A stretch of DNA of 64,000 bases from Gemmatimonadales bacterium (GTDB lineage: Bacteria > Gemmatimonadota > Gemmatimonadetes > Gemmatimonadales > GWC2-71-9), in contig DATFVZ010000095.1 in NCBI GenBank assembly GCA_035259785.1, forward strand, positions 2,100-66,099, in the 5' to 3' direction. The notes beneath the pieces were generated by a model. The model worked only from the letters and a program-made list of their open reading frames with translations, did not search any database and had not been told where the DNA came from. How positions within the stretch are numbered: the stretch's first letter is position 1; every line of letters starts with the position of its first letter. Shown piece by piece: positions 27,131 to 35,799 of the stretch. Position numbers and translations under genes: made by a program.

Positions 27131-29281
27131 ATGCTCGCACGCGTTCGATCTCTCGCTCTCGCTCTCTCCGCCTGGGTTCCGGCCGTCGTCGCCGCGCAAC
27201 AGGCGACCACAGCATCGTCCGCGGCGCCGGCTCTCACACCGCCTGTTGCTGCCGTGCGCCCCCATCGCTTCGAGGAACACGGCACCGCACGGACAGATCC
27301 GTACTACTGGTTGCGTGAGCGCTCCAACCCCGAAGTGATCAAGTACCTCGAGGACGAGAACGCGTACACCAAAGCGGTGATGGCGCATACGGAAGCGCTG
27401 CAGGAGCGGCTGTACGAGGAGTTGAAAGGGCGCGTGCTCCAGAACGACCAGTCCGTCCCGTTCCGCGAGGGCGGCTATTTCTACTACACGCGCCTCGTCG
27501 ACGGGAAGAACTACCCGATCTACGCGCGCAAGCGCGGCTCGGTGACCGCGCCTGAAGAAATAATGATCGACGTGAATGAGCTCGCCGAAGGCAAGCCGAC
27601 GTTCATCGTGCGGGCGTCGGACGTCAGCTCGGGAGAAGACATCTACGCATTCGCGGTAGACACCACGGGTGGGCGTGTCAGCTCGATTCGGTTCAAGAAT
27701 CTGCGCACCGGGGCGATGCTACCCGACGTCCTGCCGGGCGCCATCGGCGGCATCGCCTGGGCCGAGGACAACCGCACGATCTTTTACACCAAGGCCGATT
27801 CCGTCACGGTGCGGCCGTATCAGGTCTGGCGCCATCGACTCGGCACGCCGGCGTCGAGCGATCAACTGGTCTACGAGGACAAGGACGAGACCTATTACGT
27901 GTCCGTGTCCACAACCAAGTCCCGCGCGTATGTGATGATCCAGTCATCGCAAACAATGGCGACCGAGTACAGCTACGTCCGTGCCGACCAACCCGACTCG
28001 GCATTCAAAGTTCTCATTCCACGCGAGCGGGGACACGAGTACTACGCCAGCCATTTCGGCGACTATTTCTATCTGCTGTCCAACGACAACGCCAAGAATT
28101 TCCGTCTCATGCGGACGCCCGTGTCGCGGCCTGGGCGCGCCACCTGGCAGGAGGTCATTCCGCATAGGGCGGACGTGTTGCTCGAGGACTTCGAGTTCTT
28201 CAAGGATTACCTGGTGGTCAGTGAGCGCAAGGACGGTTTGATGCAACTGCGCGTGCGTCCCTGGAGCGGCGGGAAAGAGTACTATCTCGACTTTGGCGAG
28301 CCAGCATACCTCGCGTATGTCAGCACCAATCGCGAGTTCGATACACCGCTCTTGCGGTACGTCTACACGTCGCTCACGACGCCGTCATCGACGTACGACT
28401 TCGATATGCGAACCCGTCAAAAGACGCTGCTCAAACGCGATTCGATCCTCGGGAGCTTCGATCCTGCCAACTATGTGACCGAGCGTCTGTATACCACCGC
28501 CCGCGACGGAGCCCGCGTGCCGGTCTCGGTCGTGTATCGCAAGGGCGTGACTCGTCCCGCCCCGCTGCTCCTGACAGGCTACGGGTCGTACGGCTCGAGC
28601 TCGGATCCCACGTTCTCGTCGGACCGGCTGTCGCTGCTCGATCGCGGCTTTGTGTTCGCCATCGCGCACATTCGGGGCGGCTCGGAGATGGGACGGGCCT
28701 GGTATGAGAATGGCCGCCAGCTCCAGAAGAAAAACACGTTCAACGACTTCATCGACGTTGCGGACGATCTGATTCGACGGGGCTACACAAAGTCGGACCG
28801 GCTGTTCGCGCGCGGCGCCAGCGCCGGCGGGCTGCTCATGGGCGCCGTCGTCAACGCGCGTCCGGAGCTGTGGCGAGGCGTGATTGCGGGAGTGCCGTAT
28901 GTCGATGTCATCACCACGATGAGCGACTCGACGATTCCACTCACGACGGGGGAATACGACGAGTGGGGCAATCCTCATGACCCGACGTTTTATCGGTACA
29001 TGCTCTCGTACTCACCGTACGACAACGTCGAGCGCAAGGGCTATCCGAATCTGCTGATCACCGCAGGCCTGTACGACACGCAGGTGCTGTACGTCGAGCC
29101 CGCGAAGTGGACGGCCAAGCTGCGCGCCATGAAGACCGACACCAACCGCCTCATTCTAAAGACCAACATGGAGGCGGGACACGCCGGTGCGTCCGGGCGC
29201 TACAAGCGCTGGCGCGATGTCGCGTTCGAGTATGCGTTTTTGCTGGACTTGGCAGGGGTGAAGGAGCCGGTGACGCCCTAG
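27131..29281 (+). CDS. ptrB: Oligopeptidase B / S9A prolyl-oligopeptidase family serine protease (secreted)
   Basis: 716 aa with a signal peptide and a beta-propeller N-terminal half. Catalytic GASAGGLLMG, plus downstream Asp and His regions (EAGHAG). Confidence 0.88.
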   Translation: MLARVRSLALALSAWVPAVVAAQQATTASSAAPALTPPVAAVRPHRFEEHGTARTDPYYWLRERSNPEVIKYLEDENAYTKAVMAHTEALQERLYEELKGRVLQNDQSVPFREGGYFYYTRLVDGKNYPIYARKRGSVTAPEEIMIDVNELAEGKPTFIVRASDVSSGEDIYAFAVDTTGGRVSSIRFKNLRTGAMLPDVLPGAIGGIAWAEDNRTIFYTKADSVTVRPYQVWRHRLGTPASSDQLVYEDKDETYYVSVSTTKSRAYVMIQSSQTMATEYSYVRADQPDSAFKVLIPRERGHEYYASHFGDYFYLLSNDNAKNFRLMRTPVSRPGRATWQEVIPHRADVLLEDFEFFKDYLVVSERKDGLMQLRVRPWSGGKEYYLDFGEPAYLAYVSTNREFDTPLLRYVYTSLTTPSSTYDFDMRTRQKTLLKRDSILGSFDPANYVTERLYTTARDGARVPVSVVYRKGVTRPAPLLLTGYGSYGSSSDPTFSSDRLSLLDRGFVFAIAHIRGGSEMGRAWYENGRQLQKKNTFNDFIDVADDLIRRGYTKSDRLFARGASAGGLLMGAVVNARPELWRGVIAGVPYVDVITTMSDSTIPLTTGEYDEWGNPHDPTFYRYMLSYSPYDNVERKGYPNLLITAGLYDTQVLYVEPAKWTAKLRAMKTDTNRLILKTNMEAGHAGASGRYKRWRDVAFEYAFLLDLAGVKEPVTP

Positions 29282-29410
29282 TTCCTCACTGCCCGCGGCG
29301 ATTGGGCGTAGGGGAGCGCTTGGGGTGCCTCGGAGGCTGCGGTGGGGCCGGGAAACGTGCAACGGGAAACGGGGCACCTTTCGCATTCTGGCCCTTCCGT
29401 TTCCCGCGCT

Positions 29411-30328
29411 TCATAACACCCGGTCTACCAGCGCGCCGAGAAAGATGACGATGCTGACGATGCCGTTCGCCGTGAAAAACGCAGCGTTCAACTTCGACAA
29501 ATCCTTCGGCTTCACCAAACGATGCTCCCAACTGATCACCGCGATCGCCACAGCCACACCCACGAAGTACGGCAGCCCCAGCCCCGCGCCCTTGCCAAAG
29601 ATGATAAGCGCGCCGATGGCCACTCCGTGCAGCAGCTTTGCGAGGATGATCGCCCAATCCTTGCCGAGTCGCACGACGAGCGAGTGCAGACCCTCGGCAC
29701 GATCGAATGTCTCGTCTTGCAGCGCGTAGAAGACGTCGAAGCCTGCCACCCAGCACATCACTGCGAGCGCAATGACGAGGAGCAACCATGGTGGATCGCT
29801 CCACGCGCCCGTCACCGCGACGTACCCGCCCACCGGCGCAATCGCCAGCGCGGCACCGAGCCAGAGATGCGACCAAGCGGTGAATCGTTTCGTGTAGCTG
29901 TAGGTGGCGACCCAGATCAGTGCGACGGGGCCGAGCGCTGCACACAGCGGATTCAGCGCCCACGCCGAGTAGAGGAACACCACCATCGCGAAGAGGACGG
30001 CCCCCCACGCCTGGCTCACGGTCAGACGGCCCGTTGGCAGCTCACGCGCTCGCGTGCGCGGGTTACGCGCGTCGAGTCGCCGGTCGACAATACGATTGAA
30101 CCCCATCGCGACGAATCGCGCAGCCGTGAACGCCACGACCACGAGGAACACGACGCGCCACGTGACGGGCGTTTGGTACGACGCGACGACCATCCCGATC
30201 AGCGCGAAGGGAAGTGCAAAAACTGTGTGCGGGAGCTTCACGAAGTTTGCATACCGCACGAGCAAGGACTCGCCCGCGAATGTCTGGCCCTCGCGCCCCC
30301 CCCCTCCCCCTCCGCGATCGGAGCTCAC
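29411..30328 (-). CDS. UbiA-family aromatic prenyltransferase (4-hydroxybenzoate polyprenyltransferase or menaquinone-type MqnP)
   Basis: 305 aa, polytopic. Asp-rich motif NRIVDRRLDARNPRT and a second motif YALQDETFD. Confidence 0.88.
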   Translation of the reverse strand: MSSDRGGGGGGREGQTFAGESLLVRYANFVKLPHTVFALPFALIGMVVASYQTPVTWRVVFLVVVAFTAARFVAMGFNRIVDRRLDARNPRTRARELPTGRLTVSQAWGAVLFAMVVFLYSAWALNPLCAALGPVALIWVATYSYTKRFTAWSHLWLGAALAIAPVGGYVAVTGAWSDPPWLLLVIALAVMCWVAGFDVFYALQDETFDRAEGLHSLVVRLGKDWAIILAKLLHGVAIGALIIFGKGAGLGLPYFVGVAVAIAVISWEHRLVKPKDLSKLNAAFFTANGIVSIVIFLGALVDRVL

Positions 30329-30331
30329 GTC

Positions 30332-31933
30332 TCAGCTCAGCGTCAGCGTCGCCACAAACGTTGGAGGCTTGCGCGCCTTGGTCGCTTGCTCGAAGCCGTA
30401 GGCCAGCCGGATCAGCGTCGGCTCGCTCCACGCGCGGCCGAAGAATGAGACCCCAAGTGGCAGTCCAAAGTGAAATCCAGCCGGCACGGTGATGTGCGGA
30501 TAGCCCGACACCGCCGGGAATTGTGAGCTGCCGGGCCCGCCTCCGCCTCCACCCCCGCCCGCCAAGTCCACGAGCGACGCGATGCCGCCCGACGGCCCCA
30601 GAATCGCATCCAGCTTGTACTTCTCCATTGTCGCGTCGATGCCTTTGGCGCGCGTCAGGTCGACGCACTTCGCCCGCGCATCGATATACGCCTGCTCCGT
30701 GAGCGGCCCGCGCGCCTGCGAGGCGATGAACAGCTCCTGCCCAAAGTACGGCATCTCACTGTCCTTGTTCGCATCGTTGAAGCCGATGACGTCTGCGAGT
30801 GTGCGGTACTTCATGTTGGGCGGCATGGTGGCGAGGTAGGCGTTGAGATCGGCCTTGAACTCGTACTGCAGCACATCTCGCTCGGCCGTCCCGAGCTGCC
30901 CCGCGGTCTCGATCGCCGCCGGGTCCACAACCTCGGCGCCCTGCGCCTTGAGTACGGCAATCGCCTGCTCCACCACATTGTCCACGATTGGGTTATTCCC
31001 GGTCCGCGCCTGCACACCGATCCGCGCGCCCTTGAGGCCCGCCGGATCGAGAAAGGCGGTGTAATCCTTCGCGATGTGAGTCTCCGCGTCCCGCGTGGCA
31101 GGATCGCGTGGATCGACGCCCGCAAGAACGGTAAGCAGCGCCGCGGCGTCAGCCACGCTGCGGCACATCGGCCCAGCGGTGTCCTGGCTGTGCGCGATCG
31201 GGATGATGCCTGCGCGACTCACCAGACCCACCGTCGGCTTGAAGCCCACGATCCCACACGCGTTCGCCGGGCTGATGATCGAGCCGTCGGTCTCGGTGCC
31301 CACGGCGACCGCGCAGAGATTGGCGCTCGTGGCCACCGCCGACCCCGAGCTCGAGCCCGACGGCGTGCGATCCAGGACGTAAGGGTTTCGGCACTGCCGG
31401 CCGCGTCCGCTCCACCCGCTCGAGGAGCGGTTCGATCGAAAGTTGGCCCATTCGGAGAGGTTTGCCTTCGCAAGAATAACAGCGCCCGCGGCGCGTAGCC
31501 GCTCGACGATGAACGCATCACGGAGAGCAATATTGCCCTCGAGCGCGAGCGAGCCGGCGGTCGTCTGCATCCGGTCGTGCGTGTCGATGTTGTCCTTGAT
31601 GATGACGGGGATCCCGTGCAGCGGCCCACGCACCTTCCCGCGTTTGCGCTCCGCATCCATCGCGTCCGCGATTGTCAACGCGTCGGGATTGATCTCGAGA
31701 ATTGCCCGCAGCGTTGGTCCCTGGCGGTCGAGGGTCGCGATGCGATCGAGGTACGCCTGTGCGATGCCGCGCGTCGACAGTCGGCCCGCCTTCATGCCTT
31801 CCTGAAGTTGTGCGACGGTCGTCTCTTCGAGCGCGAAGGCAGCCTGCTGCGGCGCTCCCCTTGCCGGAAACAGTGCGCTTACCGCTGCGAGCGACGTTAG
31901 CTGTGCGAATTCGCGGCGCGATAAAGGACTCAT
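30332..31933 (-). CDS. Amidase-signature family amidase with a Tat-type signal
   Basis: ATG at 31933 overlaps the ubiD-family stop (ATGA). Twin-arginine leader MSPLSRREFAQLTSLAAVSALF. AS signature GGSSSGSAVA-like (PSGSSSGSAVATS). Confidence 0.88.
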   Translation of the reverse strand: MSPLSRREFAQLTSLAAVSALFPARGAPQQAAFALEETTVAQLQEGMKAGRLSTRGIAQAYLDRIATLDRQGPTLRAILEINPDALTIADAMDAERKRGKVRGPLHGIPVIIKDNIDTHDRMQTTAGSLALEGNIALRDAFIVERLRAAGAVILAKANLSEWANFRSNRSSSGWSGRGRQCRNPYVLDRTPSGSSSGSAVATSANLCAVAVGTETDGSIISPANACGIVGFKPTVGLVSRAGIIPIAHSQDTAGPMCRSVADAAALLTVLAGVDPRDPATRDAETHIAKDYTAFLDPAGLKGARIGVQARTGNNPIVDNVVEQAIAVLKAQGAEVVDPAAIETAGQLGTAERDVLQYEFKADLNAYLATMPPNMKYRTLADVIGFNDANKDSEMPYFGQELFIASQARGPLTEQAYIDARAKCVDLTRAKGIDATMEKYKLDAILGPSGGIASLVDLAGGGGGGGGPGSSQFPAVSGYPHITVPAGFHFGLPLGVSFFGRAWSEPTLIRLAYGFEQATKARKPPTFVATLTLS

Positions 31934-33408
31934 TTGATGCCCAGATTCTTCCACATCTCATCCACCCTCCGTTTCGTCTCCGGATCCATCTCAATTCGCT
32001 TCGGCCACTCTCGCGTAAACCCTTCCTCTTTCCATTTGCGCGTCGCATCGATGCCCATCTTTGACCCGTACGTAAAGCCGCGGCTCGAGTGGTCGAGCAC
32101 GTCGATCGGCCCCATGGTAAAACGCACGTCCCGCTCGGGATCGATGTGATTCAACGCTACCCACCACGCCTCCTTCGGATCGCGCACATTGACGTCCTTA
32201 TCCACTACCACGATCACCTTCGCGAGCGACATCAACCCCTGCCCCCACAACCCATTCATCACCTTGTAAGCCTGCCCGGGATACTGCTTGTCGATACTCA
32301 CGAACACGAGATTGTGAAAAATCCCTTCCGCCGGCATGTGCAAATCGACGATCTCGGGGATCGTGAGCCGCAAGAGCGGCAAGAAGATTCGCTCGGTCGC
32401 GTGACCGAGATAGTAATCCTCCATGGGCGGGCGGCCGACGATCGTGTGAGGCCAGATCGGTTTGTCGCGGTACGTCACTGCCGTGACGTGCACCTTCGGA
32501 TAGTAGTCGGCGAGCGAGTAGAAGCCGGTGTGATCGCCGAACGGACCCTCGAGCACGAGCTCTTCCCGTGGATCGATGTGCCCTTCGATGACGATCTCCG
32601 CTTCGGCCGGTACTTCCAGGTCCGACGTGGCCGCCTTGGCGAGCCGCACGGGTTCGCCCCGCAGGAAACCGGCGAACAGAAACTCGTCAATCGTCGGCGG
32701 CAGCGGCGCCGACGCGGCATAGATGCTCGCGGGGTCACCTCCGAGCGCGATCGCGACCGGCATCGTCTCGCCGCGCTGCGCCATCGCGCGCCAGTGCGCC
32801 GCGCCGACCTTGTGCCGCTGCCAGTGCATCGCGAGCGTGTTCTTGCTCAGCATCTGCACCCGATACATCCCCACGTTCCTGACTCCTGACTCCCGATCCT
32901 TCGTAATGACACCGCCGAGGGTGATGTACGGCCCGCCGTCCTCGGGCCAGCAGATCGGCACCGGAAACTGCGTGAGGTCGACGTCGGCACCTTTGACCAC
33001 CGTATCCTGGCAGGCCGCCCGGCCCACCGTTTTGGGCGGGAACTTCGCAACCTCGGCGAGCCGCGGCAGCATCGCCAGCTTGCCGAGCAAGCCTTCCGGC
33101 ACCTTCATCGCCAGCAGTTCCGCGATGCGGGCGCCCACCTCGTCGAGGCACTCCACGCCCAGCGCGAGCGACATGCGGCGCTCAGAGCCGAACAGATTCA
33201 CCGCGACCGGATATCGCGACCGGGGACCGCCGCCACTGCGCAGCGTGGGCTGCGTGAACAGCAGCGCCGGACCGCCGCCGGGGGACTTCATGCAGCGGTC
33301 GGCGATTTCGGTGATTTCCCTGTCCACGGAGACGGGCCGCTCGATGCGTACGAGATCGCCCGCCTTGTCGATCGCGTCGACGAACTGCCGCAGGTTATCG
33401 AGTGCCAT
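31930..33408 (-). CDS. ubiD: UbiD-family (prenylated-FMN dependent) decarboxylase
   Basis: 492 aa with the typical UbiD N-terminus (LRQFVDAIDKAGDLVRIERPVS) and length. It could be the menaquinone-pathway homologue. Confidence 0.9.
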   Translation of the reverse strand: MALDNLRQFVDAIDKAGDLVRIERPVSVDREITEIADRCMKSPGGGPALLFTQPTLRSGGGPRSRYPVAVNLFGSERRMSLALGVECLDEVGARIAELLAMKVPEGLLGKLAMLPRLAEVAKFPPKTVGRAACQDTVVKGADVDLTQFPVPICWPEDGGPYITLGGVITKDRESGVRNVGMYRVQMLSKNTLAMHWQRHKVGAAHWRAMAQRGETMPVAIALGGDPASIYAASAPLPPTIDEFLFAGFLRGEPVRLAKAATSDLEVPAEAEIVIEGHIDPREELVLEGPFGDHTGFYSLADYYPKVHVTAVTYRDKPIWPHTIVGRPPMEDYYLGHATERIFLPLLRLTIPEIVDLHMPAEGIFHNLVFVSIDKQYPGQAYKVMNGLWGQGLMSLAKVIVVVDKDVNVRDPKEAWWVALNHIDPERDVRFTMGPIDVLDHSSRGFTYGSKMGIDATRKWKEEGFTREWPKRIEMDPETKRRVDEMWKNLGIK

Positions 33409-34084
33409 GGTGGACGGCGCAGATCCCGCCGGTCAGCCGCTCGAATCCCACGCGCGAGAATCCGGCCGCCACGAGTCTCTGCGAGAGTGCCTCCGGTTCA
33501 GGGAATCCCAGCACCGACTCTGGCAGGTAGGTATAGGCATCTCTATGTTTCGACACCAGCCGGCCGATGGCCGGCAGAATGCGGCGGAAGTAAAAGAGAT
33601 ACACGGCCCGCAGCGGCGCAAAGCGGGGCGTGGCGAACTCGAGAATCACCAAGCGCGCGCCCGGCTTCAGGACGCGCGCTGCTTCATGCAGACCGGCGTC
33701 GAGATCGGCGAGATTACGGACGCCGAATCCGACGAGCACTCCGTCGAAGCGGGCCGTGGGAAACGGCAGCTCGAGCGCATCGGCGGCAACGGGTGACGTG
33801 CGGGCCGCTTTGTGACGGCCGCGCTTGAGCATCGGCACCACGAAGTCGGCGCCGACGACGCGGCCACGAAACCCGTCGCGACGAGCGAGCTCGGCCGCAA
33901 GGTCGAGGGTGCCGGCGCAGAGATCCAGATAGGTGCCGTCCGGTTTCGCCTCCCAGCCGAGCCTGGCGACGGCGGTGCGGCGCCAGGATCGATCCACATT
34001 GAGGCTCAGGAGATGATTGAGGAAATCGTAGCGCGGCGCGATTGCAGTGAACATGCCACGCACGTAGGCTGAGGAACGAGCCAT
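33395..34084 (-). CDS. ubiE: Demethylmenaquinone/ubiquinone C-methyltransferase
   Basis: MFTAIAPRYDFLNHLLSLNVDRSWRR and SAM motif LDLCAGTLD. ATG at 34084; the track uses TTG at 34093. Confidence 0.9.
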   Translation of the reverse strand: MARSSAYVRGMFTAIAPRYDFLNHLLSLNVDRSWRRTAVARLGWEAKPDGTYLDLCAGTLDLAAELARRDGFRGRVVGADFVVPMLKRGRHKAARTSPVAADALELPFPTARFDGVLVGFGVRNLADLDAGLHEAARVLKPGARLVILEFATPRFAPLRAVYLFYFRRILPAIGRLVSKHRDAYTYLPESVLGFPEPEALSQRLVAAGFSRVGFERLTGGICAVHHGTR

Positions 34085-34109
34085 AGGCGCCAAAGATAGA
34101 CCGGACCAC

Positions 34110-34694
34110 CTGAGCGACGCCAGCGATCAGCAGGTTGTCGCATGGGCCAACCAAGGACACGACGCCGCGTTTCGCGAGCTGGTGCGCCGTTACGAGCGCC
34201 CGGTGTTCTCGCTGCTGTTCCGGATGGTGCGCGATCGCGCGCTCGCCGAAGACCTCGCGCAGGAAACGTTCATCAAGGTCCTGAACGGCATCAAGTCGTA
34301 TCGCCCCGAATTCAAATTTTCATCGTGGATTTTCAAGATCGCGAACAACGCGGCCATCGATCACCTGCGCCGCAAGAGTATCGATACCCTGTCGCTCGAC
34401 GGCGCGCCGAGCGCCGAGACGCCCGAGCAGATGCGCGCGACCTCGCTGCAGCTGGGTGATCGGGCCGAGAGCCCGCTCGACGAGGTCGAGAATCGAGAAC
34501 TGGGCACCGCGATCGAGCGGGCCATTGGCATGCTTCGCCCCGAGTACCGGTCATGCATTTTGCTACGGCATGTGGAAGGCTATTCGTATGAGGAGATTGC
34601 GGACACGCTGGAGCTGCCCCTTGGGACGGTCAAAACTTATATCCACCGGGCCCGTAATGAATTACGGGTGTACCTGGAAGATCGCCGGGACTGA
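34110..34694 (+). CDS. ECF-type RNA polymerase sigma factor
   Basis: Regions 2 and 4 are present (DLAQETFIKV...; ...EIADTLELPLGTVKTYIHRAR). The first canonical start is GTG at 34182. The frame is open from 34068, and the upstream residues SDASDQQVVAWANQGHDAAFRELV align with the conserved N-terminus of ECF sigmas, so CTG at 34110 is proposed. The start is uncertain. Confidence 0.85.
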   Translation: MSDASDQQVVAWANQGHDAAFRELVRRYERPVFSLLFRMVRDRALAEDLAQETFIKVLNGIKSYRPEFKFSSWIFKIANNAAIDHLRRKSIDTLSLDGAPSAETPEQMRATSLQLGDRAESPLDEVENRELGTAIERAIGMLRPEYRSCILLRHVEGYSYEEIADTLELPLGTVKTYIHRARNELRVYLEDRRD

Positions 34695-34727
34695 AACCAA
34701 GCCTTTTACCAGACCGTAGGACAGCCA

Positions 34728-34970
34728 ATGACTGACACTACCATGCATCTCACTACCGACGAAATCGAGCTCTGGGCACAGGGGCTGCTCCCCGCCGCCC
34801 GGGCTCTTCACCTTTCCGATTGCTCGCTCTGCCGCGTCGAAGCGGACCGCGAACGCAAGGTCATTCTCGAGCTGGTTCAACTCGCCAAGTTTGCGCCGCA
34901 GCCCGGATTTGCCGATCGGGTGATGGCAAAGGTGAAGGTGCCGACGCCAGTGAAGGATTGGACGGGCTAG
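34728..34970 (+). CDS. Small zinc-binding (ZAS-type) anti-sigma factor candidate
   Basis: 80 aa, 33 nt downstream of the sigma gene. HLSDCSLC fits the H-x3-C-x2-C ZAS motif. No transmembrane segment. Confidence 0.6.
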   Translation: MTDTTMHLTTDEIELWAQGLLPAARALHLSDCSLCRVEADRERKVILELVQLAKFAPQPGFADRVMAKVKVPTPVKDWTG

Positions 34971-35011
34971 ATAGGGCTACACTCTCGCAAGAAAGTCGTA
35001 GCAGAATCAAC

Positions 35012-35039
35012 GTAGGGGCGCAGCATGCTGCGCCCCTAC
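35012..35039. terminator. Perfect 28-nt palindrome, candidate bidirectional terminator
   Basis: GTAGGGGCGCAGCATGCTGCGCCCCTAC lies between the convergent anti-sigma gene (ends 34970) and the SAM hydrolase gene (ends 35062). Confidence 0.6.
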
Positions 35040-35061
35040 AATTACTTCGTTGCCCGACGCC

Positions 35062-35799
35062 TCATGCCTTCACCTCCGTCCCGACCCCGACACCCAGCAT
35101 CCGCGCCGCACTGCCGTCCCGCACCGCAATCTCCACCGTGCCGCCCGATCCGGTGAACGCGACGAGTGCCCCACGCGCCGCGTCGGCGAACGTGCGCTGC
35201 AGCGGGCCGACGTCGACGTCACCGAGGCGAATCCGAACACCGGGCTCTACAGTTTCTGGCTCGATGTTGGAGATCAACGTCCCGAAGCGGTCCACGTAGA
35301 TCACTTCGCCAATAACGGCCGTGCCATCATGGTGGGCGACCGGCAGGGGCGCGCGAACAGGCTTCGTGACACGCGTCCCTAACGCATCCAGTGGATCACC
35401 GGCGGCAAGCGTTGCCGCAGCAGGCGCAAACACGTCGCGACCGTGAAACGTCGGCGACGCTCCCGCGGGGATGAGGATCGCCACGAAGCGGCTCTCGATT
35501 GGTAAGAACGACAAGAGACCGTTGTCCGGTGCGAGGAAGCGATGGCCCTCGCTCTCGGCTGCAATCGCCCGCCGTTCCGTACCGACTCCCGGATCGATGA
35601 CCGCGATGTGAATCGTGCTTTTCGGAAAATGACGCCAGGCGCGGCTCAGCAAGTATTGCGCGGCGCGCACGTCGCCGGGCGCCACTTCATGCGCGATGTC
35701 GACGATAGTGAGATCCGCATTGCGCGACAGCAGCACCGCCTTCATCTCGGCGACGTAACTGTCCGCCGTGCCGAAATCGGTCAGCAGCGTGACGATCAT
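35062..35799 (-). CDS. SAM hydrolase / SAM-dependent halogenase-family protein (DUF62, S-adenosyl-L-methionine hydroxide adenosyltransferase)
   Basis: ATG at 35799 (MIVTLLTDFGTADSYVAEMKAVLL) overlaps the MATE stop. The longer track ORF is an upstream over-extension. Confidence 0.85.
   Translation of the reverse strand: MIVTLLTDFGTADSYVAEMKAVLLSRNADLTIVDIAHEVAPGDVRAAQYLLSRAWRHFPKSTIHIAVIDPGVGTERRAIAAESEGHRFLAPDNGLLSFLPIESRFVAILIPAGASPTFHGRDVFAPAAATLAAGDPLDALGTRVTKPVRAPLPVAHHDGTAVIGEVIYVDRFGTLISNIEPETVEPGVRIRLGDVDVGPLQRTFADAARGALVAFTGSGGTVEIAVRDGSAARMLGVGVGTEVKA

Noticed and set aside
29349-29406. The direct repeat CGGGAAACG (x2) pairs with CCGTTTCCCG between convergent ptrB and the ubiA-family gene.
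   Set aside because: It is probably just an intergenic stem-loop or terminator with a 24-nt loop and no T-tract. That is too weak to report as a feature.
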